Origin: Candidatus Fervidifonticultor quintus
GTDB taxonomy: Bacteria > Sysuimicrobiota > Sysuimicrobiia > Sysuimicrobiales > Humicultoraceae
Direction: 5' to 3'
Length of the DNA: 28,898 nt
Assembly: GCA_031459535.1 (NCBI GenBank)
Contig: JAVKIJ010000038.1
Coordinates: 1-28,898 of the forward strand
Shown piece by piece: positions 8,745 through 17,190 of the stretch (within the stretch, counting starts at the first letter, position 1; each line of letters opens with the position of its first letter). The position numbers were made by a program, and so were the translations under genes. Below the pieces are notes generated by a model. That model was not told where the DNA came from. It was given only the letters and a program-made list of their open reading frames with translations, and did no database searches.

Positions 8745-9611
8745 GTGACTGGCCTGGCCCTCGTCCTGGTGCTCGCCGCCGCGTTCATGCACGCCACCTG
8801 GAACCTGCTCGCCAAACGCGCCAGCGGGGGCGGGGCCTTCCTCTGGATGGTCTGCGTGGCGGCGGCTGTGATCTACGCGCCGCTGGCAGCCGCGGTGGTG
8901 ATCCTGCAGCAGCCGCACTTGGGTCCGGCGCAGGCGGCCTTCATGGCCGGCAGTGCCGCGTTGCACCTCGGATACTTCCTCATGCTCACGCGCGGATACC
9001 GCGTGGGCGATCTCTCGTTGATCTATCCGCTGGCGCGGGGCACCGGCCCGGCGCTCTCTACCCTGGCGGCCGTGGCCTTCTTCGGCGAACGGCCCACCTG
9101 GGTCGCCGTGCTGGGCGCCGCCCTGGTGGTCGGCGGTGTGGTCGTCCTGACCCGCGGCCCGCGGGGCGTCCGACGATCTGAGGCTGCGGCCCTGCGGGCG
9201 ACGGCGTACGGCCTGCTGACCGGCGTGCTGATCGCGACGTACACGCTGTGGGACAAGCGCGCGGTGAGCGTCCTGCTCGTGCCGCCTCTGCTGTTGGATT
9301 GGGCCGCCAACGTCGGCCGGCTGCTCTTCCTTACGCCTGTCGCCATCCGTCATTGGGACGAGGTCAGGCACCACTGGCGAGCGCACCGGTTGGAGACCGT
9401 CGGGGTTGGCGTCCTGGCGCCCCTGGCCTACATCCTGGTGCTGACGGCTCTGGTGTTCACTCCCGTGAGCTACATCGCCCCGGCGCGCGAGGTCAGCATC
9501 CTGATCGGCACGGCCATGGGAACGCGGCTCCTGGCCGAGGGTGACAGCATCCGGCGGTTGGGGGCGGCCGCGGCCATTGTCGCCGGCGTCGTGGCGCTGG
9601 CGGTGGGGTAG
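8745..9611 (+). CDS. DMT/EamA-family transporter
   Basis: About 10 TM segments, HATWNLLAK, GDLSLIYPLARGTGP, SYIAPAREVSIL. Start codon uncertain. Confidence 0.88.
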   Translation: MTGLALVLVLAAAFMHATWNLLAKRASGGGAFLWMVCVAAAVIYAPLAAAVVILQQPHLGPAQAAFMAGSAALHLGYFLMLTRGYRVGDLSLIYPLARGTGPALSTLAAVAFFGERPTWVAVLGAALVVGGVVVLTRGPRGVRRSEAAALRATAYGLLTGVLIATYTLWDKRAVSVLLVPPLLLDWAANVGRLLFLTPVAIRHWDEVRHHWRAHRLETVGVGVLAPLAYILVLTALVFTPVSYIAPAREVSILIGTAMGTRLLAEGDSIRRLGAAAAIVAGVVALAVG

Positions 9612-9620
9612 GGAGCCGTT

Positions 9621-10394
9621 CTACGTGCGCACCTCGCGGTAGTACCAACACCAGTAGGTGAGCAAACACCGGTGGCACTTCGGGATCTCCGAGCAGATGG
9701 CCTCGGCGAGCTCGTAGCCCGAGCCCAATCGGGTCAGCAGCCGGTTGACCTCATCCAGCCTCGTCGTGGGGCTCGCGGCGACCAGCCGGGCGTGGGCCCG
9801 ACCGACCTCCTCATCGGTCGGGCGCCGGTTCCCGACCAGGCCCAGCCGGTAGAGGACCCTCACCGTGTCGGGATGCGAGAAGAAGACGTCCTCGCCGGCA
9901 CGCCGGAGGAACGTCCGCACCGTGTACGGGCCCAGGTGCGCAAACCGCCGCTGCAGGTCGGCGTAGAGGGCGCCCTGCTCGGCCGGGCCATAGCGACGCA
10001 GGTAGCGCCGAAACGATCCATCCTCGTCCCGTATGGCGAGCATCGTGCGGGCATTGTGAACCGTGGCCTCGATCTTGCCCCGGTAGCGAATGATGCCGCG
10101 ATCTCGCAGGAGACGGGCGACATCCCGGCCGGTGAACGCTGCCACCGCCTCGACGGAAAAGCGGCAGAAGGCCTGCCGGAAGCGCGGCCACTTGCTGTTG
10201 ACCACCGCCGCGCTGATCCCGGCCTTGAACACGGACCAGGTCATCTGCTCGAAGTAGCCGTCGTCGTCCCTGGGACGGCGGCCTCGGGCGATGGCGAGGA
10301 TGCGGCGGAGCCCCCCGGGTCCGCCCGACAGCTCTTCGATCTGGTCGCGCAGGTTCAGATAGAGGTCGTGCAGGTCGCCGTCCGTGTGGGTCAT
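9621..10394 (-). CDS. 3-methyladenine glycosylase I (Tag)-like / HhH protein with C-terminal FCL-like [4Fe-4S] motif
   Basis: FKAGIS...KWPRFRQAF..F...VA...GIIRYRGKIEATVHNA resembles Tag. C-terminal CSEIPKCHRCLLTYWC. ATG overlaps the ligD stop. Confidence 0.75.
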   Translation of the reverse strand: MTHTDGDLHDLYLNLRDQIEELSGGPGGLRRILAIARGRRPRDDDGYFEQMTWSVFKAGISAAVVNSKWPRFRQAFCRFSVEAVAAFTGRDVARLLRDRGIIRYRGKIEATVHNARTMLAIRDEDGSFRRYLRRYGPAEQGALYADLQRRFAHLGPYTVRTFLRRAGEDVFFSHPDTVRVLYRLGLVGNRRPTDEEVGRAHARLVAASPTTRLDEVNRLLTRLGSGYELAEAICSEIPKCHRCLLTYWCWYYREVRT

Positions 10395-12955
10395 CGGGAG
10401 GTCGTTCTGCCCAGCCGCTTCTCGATGCGGGCGATGGCGCGGCCCAGATCGACGGACTGCCTCAAGACCGCCCGCATAGGGTCGCGCATGGCCGCGAACC
10501 GGGGCGGCACCGTCCGCAGCGTGAACTGGCGGGGGTCCAGTCGCGGGGTGACCTCGGTCCACTCCAGAGGGCAGGAGGCTGGCGCGCCCGGCAGGGGGCG
10601 CAGCGAGAACGGCGCGACGATGGTGCGGCCGTGCCCGTTCTGGCCGTAGTCCACGTAGACTCGGCCCTGGCGTGAGCGCAGCGGGCGGGCCAGCGTGGCC
10701 AGATCAGGGGTGGCCTCAACCGCCAGCAGCGCCAGGAGCCGCGCAAACGCGCGCGCGGATTCGTACGGGTACCGGGCGCCCAAGGGGACCAGAATGTGCA
10801 GGCCGGTGCTCCCCGAGGTCTTGACGTAGTGCGGCAGGGCGATCTCCTCGAGGAGCTGGTGCAGCACCAGGGCCACCGCCACCACGTCCGCGAACGCGGC
10901 ACCCTTGGGATCGAGATCCAGCACGAGCCAGTCCGGCCGCTCGAGCGATCCCAGCCGTGAGCCCCATACGTGCAGGGGAATCGTGCCGAGGTTGACCAGA
11001 TAGCGCAGCGTGTCCACGTTGTCGGCGATGAAGTAGTTGATCTCCCGGTCCGCCTCCTTGGAGTAGATGCGCTCCGTGCGGATCCAGGAGGGCACGAACG
11101 GGGGTACGTCCTTCTGGAAGAACGACTTGCCCGCAATACCGTCGGGATAGCGGGTCAGCACCACGGGACGGTCCTTCAGATAGGGGAGGAGGAGGGGCGC
11201 GAGCGCCTCATAGTAGTGGATTATATCAACCTTGGTGTAGCCTTCCTCCGGCCAGAAGACTTTGCCCGGGTTCGAGATGCGCACGGAGCGCGCTTGGCCC
11301 GGTCCCAGACCATGGCGCGCGGCTGGAGCGGCCGGGCTCGGGGGAATGGCTGTCGTCGAAGGTCCCTCCGCCGCAGACGGTGCCTCACCCTCCCTGCGGC
11401 AGTCCTCCGGACGCTTGTCTGGTCTTAGGCCCACGAACGCCGGGTGTCGGATCCCGCCGTCAGCCGTCCACTCCGCGAAGCGGACCTCACAGACCAGCTT
11501 CGGCTCGACCCAGTGATGGCCGCGGCCGGTGGGGCTCCTCGCATCGAACGGCGAGCTCGCACGCCGCAGCGCCTGCAGCATCTCCCAGAGGCGCCTGAGG
11601 CTGGCCTGGTCGAACCCGGTGCCCACCTTGGAGACGTAGGCCAGCTTGGAACCCTCGTACAGCCCCAGGTGGAGCGCGCCGAAGTACGGGCGAGACCCCC
11701 GGGGCTCCGTGTAGCCGCCGATGACGAACTCCTGACGGCGCTGGCACTTGATCTTGACCCACTCGTGCGAGCGGCCGCCGGCATACCGGCTGGTGATCTT
11801 CTTGGCGACGATACCTTCCAGCCGCTGCTCAGATGCGGCCTCGAAGAAAGCCTCGCCGTGCTCCAGCACGTGATCGCCATAGCGCACCCGGCCCAGCGGC
11901 GGAAGCAAGAGGTCCAGGCACGCCTTACGCTGGAGCAGCGGCAACGACCGCAGGTCGAAGCCCTCGAGCGCCAGGCAGTCGAAGAATACGGCCACAACAG
12001 GCACCGCGGCCCGCAGCGCCTCCACGTCCCGGGGCGCCGAGACGTGCATGCGGGCCTGCAGGCGCTGGAAACTCGGCCGACCGGTCTCGTCGAGGGCCAC
12101 GATCTCGCCGTCGATGATGAACTGACGCTCTGGCAGCGCCCGCAGCGCCTCGGCAATCTCGGGATAGAGAGGCGTGATGACCTGCCCCCGACGGCCGTAG
12201 AGGTGCACGTCATCGCCCACACGTTCGGCCATGACCCGCACCCCGTCGTACTTGATCTCAAACAGCCAGTCCGCGCCCGAGAACGGCCGCTCCCCGGGTG
12301 CCGCCAGCATGAAGGCCTGGTCCCGCGCCGAGGGGGGCCGTCGCGAAGCCCCAAGGGAGCGGCAATGGGCCCGGACGGCTTCCAGTTTGGCCGGGACGTC
12401 GCGGATTTCGTCGACGGTCAGGCCCGAGATGACCGAGCGCGGGTAGCGGTCGATCAGTTCCTCGTCGGCGCTGAAGCCGTCGGGCTTCTTGAGGAGGAGC
12501 CAGTCCTTCTCTGACCTGGCGAGCCGCACGAGGGTCCAGCGCCCGCGCATTTTGTAGCCGAAGAGTTCGAGGTCGAGTTTGCCCCTCGCGTATTGCGTCA
12601 ACGCATCCTCGCCCGCGGCCAGCCGATACCACCCGAGATCCCAGACGATCACGGCGCCGGCGCCGTAGTTGTCAGGGGGGATGACGCCTTCGAACGTGGC
12701 GTACTCCAACGGGTGGTCCTCCACGTGGACGGCCAGGCGCTTCTCCTCCGACCGAACGGACGGCCCCCTGGGCACCGCCCAGCTCTTCAGGACTCCGTCC
12801 ATCTCCAGGCGGAAGTCGTAGTGGAGCCGTCGTGCGGCATGCTGCTGCACCACGAAGACCGGCGGACCCACCGAGGCCCTCCCGCCGAAGGGCTCGGGGG
12901 TGCGCTCGGGATCGCGCTTCCGGCGGTAAGCCTCGAGTGAGGCGCGGCGCACCAT
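10391..12955 (-). CDS. ligD: NHEJ DNA ligase D (phosphoesterase-ligase-polymerase)
   Basis: PE domain (QQHAARRLHYDFRLE, HPLEY), ligase (EIKYDG, EGIVAK, WVKIK), AEP polymerase (RYPDG, DLDP, KTSGSTGLH). Confidence 0.96.
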   Translation of the reverse strand: MVRRASLEAYRRKRDPERTPEPFGGRASVGPPVFVVQQHAARRLHYDFRLEMDGVLKSWAVPRGPSVRSEEKRLAVHVEDHPLEYATFEGVIPPDNYGAGAVIVWDLGWYRLAAGEDALTQYARGKLDLELFGYKMRGRWTLVRLARSEKDWLLLKKPDGFSADEELIDRYPRSVISGLTVDEIRDVPAKLEAVRAHCRSLGASRRPPSARDQAFMLAAPGERPFSGADWLFEIKYDGVRVMAERVGDDVHLYGRRGQVITPLYPEIAEALRALPERQFIIDGEIVALDETGRPSFQRLQARMHVSAPRDVEALRAAVPVVAVFFDCLALEGFDLRSLPLLQRKACLDLLLPPLGRVRYGDHVLEHGEAFFEAASEQRLEGIVAKKITSRYAGGRSHEWVKIKCQRRQEFVIGGYTEPRGSRPYFGALHLGLYEGSKLAYVSKVGTGFDQASLRRLWEMLQALRRASSPFDARSPTGRGHHWVEPKLVCEVRFAEWTADGGIRHPAFVGLRPDKRPEDCRREGEAPSAAEGPSTTAIPPSPAAPAARHGLGPGQARSVRISNPGKVFWPEEGYTKVDIIHYYEALAPLLLPYLKDRPVVLTRYPDGIAGKSFFQKDVPPFVPSWIRTERIYSKEADREINYFIADNVDTLRYLVNLGTIPLHVWGSRLGSLERPDWLVLDLDPKGAAFADVVAVALVLHQLLEEIALPHYVKTSGSTGLHILVPLGARYPYESARAFARLLALLAVEATPDLATLARPLRSRQGRVYVDYGQNGHGRTIVAPFSLRPLPGAPASCPLEWTEVTPRLDPRQFTLRTVPPRFAAMRDPMRAVLRQSVDLGRAIARIEKRLGRTTSR

Positions 12956-13030
12956 GGTGCCACCTTGAAGCATAGCGGGCTTCGTGCTATGTTGCACTCT
13001 GCCTTCACATCGCGCCGGGAGGACAGCGCC

Positions 13031-13894
13031 ATGCCTCCGCACTCGCTGGGCACGGGCACGATCTCGTTCGGGCTGGTGTCTATCCCTGTGAAGATGTACA
13101 CAGCCGCGTCGTCGCAGGCGGTGCGCTTCAACCTGCTGCACGCGACGTGCGGCAGCCGCGTCCGGCAGCAGTACATCTGCCCGGTGGAGAACGTCGTGGT
13201 CGACCGGTCGGAGATCGTCAAGGGCTATGAGTACGCCAAGGATCAGTACGTGCGCGTCACTGACGAAGAGCTGAAGGCGCTGGAAGGTGCCGCATCCCAG
13301 GTGATCGACATCACGGAGTTCGTTCCCCTTCCCGCAGTCGACCCTCTCTACTTCGAGAATGCGTACTATTTGGGGCCCGACAAGGGGGGCGAGAAGGCCT
13401 ACCGGTTGCTGGCGGACGCCATGGCCAGGACCAACCGCGTGGCGCTGGCCAAGTTCGTCATGCGGGGGAAGGAGAGCCTGGTGCTGATCCGAGCGGCGCA
13501 GGACGGCCTGATGCTGCACACCATGTACTTCGCAGACGAGATCCGAAACTTCGCCGAGATCGGCAAAGGTCAGGACGTCAAGATCAAGGGTGGGGAGCTC
13601 GAGCTGGCGGTGCGGCTGATTGACGAGCTGGCCAGCGACGAGTTCAGGCCCGAGCAGTACCAGGACGAGTACCGCATGCGGGTGCTCGACCTGATCAACA
13701 CCAAGGTGGAAGGCCGGGAAGTCACGCCGGTCGGGCCGCAGGTGCAGCGCGCGCAGGTGATCGACCTGATGGAGGCGCTGAAGAAGAGCCTCGAGAAGCG
13801 GGTCCCGAGGGAGAAGAGGCCGGCAGCGAAGGCCCGCCCCGTGGAGGAACCGGCGGCGAGGTCGCTACGGAGGGCCGCAGCCGCTCGGAAGTGA
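13031..13894 (+). CDS. ku: NHEJ Ku protein
   Basis: GTISFGLVSIPVKMY, IVKGYEY, YQDEYR, VIDLMEALKKSL and a basic C-terminal tail. Confidence 0.96.
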   Translation: MPPHSLGTGTISFGLVSIPVKMYTAASSQAVRFNLLHATCGSRVRQQYICPVENVVVDRSEIVKGYEYAKDQYVRVTDEELKALEGAASQVIDITEFVPLPAVDPLYFENAYYLGPDKGGEKAYRLLADAMARTNRVALAKFVMRGKESLVLIRAAQDGLMLHTMYFADEIRNFAEIGKGQDVKIKGGELELAVRLIDELASDEFRPEQYQDEYRMRVLDLINTKVEGREVTPVGPQVQRAQVIDLMEALKKSLEKRVPREKRPAAKARPVEEPAARSLRRAAAARK

Positions 13895-14721
13895 CGCACT
13901 TCACCACCCAAGAGGCGGCCAACATCCTGGGAGTGAGCGCGGCGCGCATCCGGGCGTGTGTGCGTGCGGGGCTCCTCAGGCCCCGGCGAGGTCGGGGACG
14001 GAGGCTGCAGTTCGGATTCGAGGACCTGCTCCTCCTGCGCACGACCAAGAATCTGCTCGACGCACGCATTCCCCCGGGCCGGATCCGCCGGATTCTGGCG
14101 TCGCTGAGGCGTCAGCTCCCCGGCGATGAGCACCTGCAGCACGTGACCATCTACGCCGACGGCCGGCGCATCGTCGCGTGGGACGGACATGCGCGCTGGC
14201 AGCCGGACTCCGGGCAGTTCCTGTTCAACTTCGACGCCGCCGACCTGGCCGAGCAGCTCCCCGGCCCGCACAAACCCCCGACGCCCGCGGTGCCCATTCG
14301 CACCGCCCGGGAGTGGTTCGATCTAGGGGTCGAACTCGAGGCGTACTCGCCCGAGGAGGCCGGTCGCGCCTATGAACAGGCCCTGGAGCTGGACCCTCAC
14401 CTGCCTGATGCGCACATCAACCTGGGTCGCCTCTACCACGCCCAGGGCCGGTACAGCGAGGCGGAGACCCACTACCGGGCGGCGGCGACGGACGCACCCC
14501 GCGACCCGATCCCGCCGTTCAACCTGGGCGTGCTCTACGACGACCTCGGCAGGCGCGCGGACGCCCTCCGTGCCTACAAGCGGGCGCTGGAGCTCGACCC
14601 GGACTTTGCCGACGCCCACTACAATCTGGGACTGCTCTACGAGGCCATGGGCCGGCGCACGGAGACCATCACGCACCTTCAGAGAGCCCGGGCGCTCTAC
14701 GGGCGCGTCGGTCGGTCCTGA
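13891..14721 (+). CDS. MerR-like HTH plus TPR-repeat protein
   Basis: N-terminal FTTQEAANILGVS...GLLRP wHTH, and about 4 TPRs (AHINLG, PFNLG, AHYNLG). GTG overlaps the ku stop. Confidence 0.85.
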   Translation: MTHFTTQEAANILGVSAARIRACVRAGLLRPRRGRGRRLQFGFEDLLLLRTTKNLLDARIPPGRIRRILASLRRQLPGDEHLQHVTIYADGRRIVAWDGHARWQPDSGQFLFNFDAADLAEQLPGPHKPPTPAVPIRTAREWFDLGVELEAYSPEEAGRAYEQALELDPHLPDAHINLGRLYHAQGRYSEAETHYRAAATDAPRDPIPPFNLGVLYDDLGRRADALRAYKRALELDPDFADAHYNLGLLYEAMGRRTETITHLQRARALYGRVGRS

Positions 14722-14755
14722 CGCTTTGCTCGTGCCGGCAGGAACTGCCCTGACG

Positions 14756-15055
14756 TTAGAACTGCGCGAAGAGCGCTCTGAGCAGAAGCAGGAAGAACAA
14801 CGCAGCGGTGAGCAGCAGCGCCGCCATCCCCAGGAGTTCCGCCACGAGCGCCGGCCAGGCATGGGTGAGGGCGATGACCAGCACGACGAGGGCGCCGACC
14901 AGTAACAGGCCGAACGTGGCGACGGGCGCCAGCAGCGTGGCGGCGTCAGAGGAGAAGACCGCGAGGCCCTTGAACTTCGTGACGCGCTCGTGGATGAGCC
15001 GCGAGGTAGCCAGCGGCGGCCCCACGAGCAGCCGCTTCAGGAAGAGCGGGATCAT
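14756..15055 (-). CDS. Small membrane protein with a KimA/YdaO (APC-family) N-terminus, possibly a truncated remnant
   Basis: LKRLLVGPPLATSRLIHERVTKFKGLAVFSSDA resembles the KimA start. The expected LSSVAY continuation is absent and the ORF ends at 99 aa. Confidence 0.5.
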   Translation of the reverse strand: MIPLFLKRLLVGPPLATSRLIHERVTKFKGLAVFSSDAATLLAPVATFGLLLVGALVVLVIALTHAWPALVAELLGMAALLLTAALFFLLLLRALFAQF

Positions 15056-15084
15056 AGCTTGCCTTCGCGAGGTGAGCGGTATCG

Positions 15085-16092
15085 ATGCCGCGTGCGCGTG
15101 ACTACTTCACCACTGGCATTCTAGCGCCAGGACCGTTCAATGCCATTACCGACGTGGGCGAGGTGCGCGTGGGCCACGTCTCCGTGTACGGCGACAGCCT
15201 GCGTACCGGCGTCACGGCCGTTCTGCCCCACGGCGGCAACCTCTACCGCGAGAAGGTCACCGCCTCCGCAGCGGTGCTGAACGGGTACGGGAAGTCCGTG
15301 GGCTTGATGCAGATCGACGAACTGGGCACCCTCGAGACGCCGATCCTGATCACGAGTACGCTCAACGTTTCCCGGGTCGCCGACGCCCTCGTGACATACA
15401 TGCTCGAGCAGGATCCGCTCCTGGGCATCTCGGACACCGTCAACCCCGTGGTGTTGGAGTGTTTCGACGGCTACCTCAGCGATGCCCGAGCGCGCGCCGT
15501 GGGCGAGCCCGAAGTCCGTGCCGCCATCACGGGCGCCCGCGGGGGACCGGTGGAGACCGGGTGCGTCGGCGCAGGTGTGGGCATGCGGTGCCTGGGGTTC
15601 AAGTCCGGCGTCGGCACTGCGTCGAGACTGCTCCCGGAGGTGGGCTACCGCCTCGGCCTGCTGGTCGTGCCCAACTTCGGGTTTGCGGGCGACCTCATCG
15701 TGGCCGGGTTGCCGGTCGGCCGCGCACTGCAGCAGGTCGGGCAGCCGCCCGAGCGTGGATCGTGCGTGTTCGTCGTGGCGACCGATGCGCCCCTGGATGC
15801 CGCCGGCCTGCGCCGCGTGGCCTGGCGGTGCTTCCTGGGCATGGCCCGAACCGGCGCCATCAGCGGGGTGACCAGCGGTGACCTGGCGGTGGCCTTCACG
15901 ACCGCGCGGGAAGCCGCGCGCCAGGACCGATCGACGCTCAACCTGCTGTTCCGCGCGGCTGTTGAGGCGGCGGAGGAAGCGATCCTCGATGCGCTGTTCT
16001 CAGCGGTGACCACGGTGGGGCGCGACGGCCACACCATGCCCGCCCTGCCGATCCCCGCGGTCCTCGAGATGCTGAGGCACCGGAGGGATTAG
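15085..16092 (+). CDS. DmpA/P1 (S58) family aminopeptidase
   Basis: NAITDV..VRVGH, TGVTAVLP, NGYGKSVG, NPVVLEC, GS autocleavage site (ERGSC..VVATDAPL), SGD. Confidence 0.92.
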   Translation: MPRARDYFTTGILAPGPFNAITDVGEVRVGHVSVYGDSLRTGVTAVLPHGGNLYREKVTASAAVLNGYGKSVGLMQIDELGTLETPILITSTLNVSRVADALVTYMLEQDPLLGISDTVNPVVLECFDGYLSDARARAVGEPEVRAAITGARGGPVETGCVGAGVGMRCLGFKSGVGTASRLLPEVGYRLGLLVVPNFGFAGDLIVAGLPVGRALQQVGQPPERGSCVFVVATDAPLDAAGLRRVAWRCFLGMARTGAISGVTSGDLAVAFTTAREAARQDRSTLNLLFRAAVEAAEEAILDALFSAVTTVGRDGHTMPALPIPAVLEMLRHRRD

Positions 16093-16197
16093 GCGGGCAT
16101 CCTGGCGCGTTCTTTACCCAGAAAGGGTCCCACGGGGGTGAGGACATGGCGGCAGCGGCGGCAGCGGACAACCCCATCCTAGGTGGGGCGGCCTGAG

Positions 16198-17190
16198 GTG
16201 CGCCCCGCCCAGCCGATTCGTCGCGCGGTACTCTTGGCGCTCTGCGCGCTGGCTGTGCTGGCGCGCGTCGCTGCGGCGCGGCAAGGGGCGCTGGATGCGG
16301 ATGCGATCTACCTGCGTGCAGCCCCGGCCGTGGCCGCAATCCGCATCGGCCACGACGCGACCGCGGGTGTCGGCACCGGGTTTGCCATCGACGCGCGAGG
16401 CGTCCTCATCACGGCCGCTCACGTGGCCCGCGGCGCGGATCGGATCACGGCGGAGTTCGGGGATGGCGCCCCGCTCGAGGCCGAGCTCGTCGGATACGAC
16501 GCGCGCCGTGACGTGGCCCTGCTGCGGGTCCGGCCCCTAGCGCCCCTGACGACGCTCGAGGTAGTCGATTCGGCTGGTGTGCAGCGGGGGGATCCCGTGG
16601 CGGTGATTGGCACGCCGCGCGGCCGCCCCCGGGTGATGACGACGGGATCGGTCCAGGCGACGGGCGTGACCCTGCCCGGGCAGCTCCCCGGCATCTTCAT
16701 CCAGTTCGACGCGCCGGTCCAGCCTGGCAACTCCGGCGGCCCGCTGTTGAACGATCGCGGTCAGGTGATCGGCGTGGTGGTGGCGCTCCGGCGACAACCA
16801 GACGGTGCCGCCGGGCTGGCCACATCGAGCGCCGCGCTCCGGTCTACGCTCCCTGCCATGGCAGACGGTGCCCGGCTGGAACGCGCCTGGATTGGCCTCA
16901 GCGGGGTGACCCTCGGACCGGACGTCCGCTTCGGACGAGGCGCCCCCAGGGGCGTGCTGGTGCTGGCGGTGGTTCCGGATAGCCCGGCCGCCCGTGTCGG
17001 GCTGCGGGGCGAACACAACGACCCACCGGGCGACATCATCGTCGCCATCGACGGCGAACCTATCGGCGCGTGGGAGGATCTCCTACGGGTCCTGGGCGGC
17101 CGTGAACCCGGGCAGCGGATCCGGCTCGGGCTCATCCGCAACGGGACGTACCAGGAACTCCAGCTCACGCTGGAGGCGCGATCCTCGTGA
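16198..17190 (+). CDS. HtrA/DegP-like S1C serine protease with one PDZ domain
   Basis: Signal/TM segment, TAAH, DVALL and GNSGGP triad motifs, C-terminal PDZ. Start uncertain (16183 or 16198). Confidence 0.9.
   Translation: MRPAQPIRRAVLLALCALAVLARVAAARQGALDADAIYLRAAPAVAAIRIGHDATAGVGTGFAIDARGVLITAAHVARGADRITAEFGDGAPLEAELVGYDARRDVALLRVRPLAPLTTLEVVDSAGVQRGDPVAVIGTPRGRPRVMTTGSVQATGVTLPGQLPGIFIQFDAPVQPGNSGGPLLNDRGQVIGVVVALRRQPDGAAGLATSSAALRSTLPAMADGARLERAWIGLSGVTLGPDVRFGRGAPRGVLVLAVVPDSPAARVGLRGEHNDPPGDIIVAIDGEPIGAWEDLLRVLGGREPGQRIRLGLIRNGTYQELQLTLEARSS

Noticed and set aside
12956-13519. 188-aa N-terminal extension of LigD in the ORF track
   Set aside because: It is antisense to ku. LigD homology begins at ATG 12955, which has an AAGGTGG SD.
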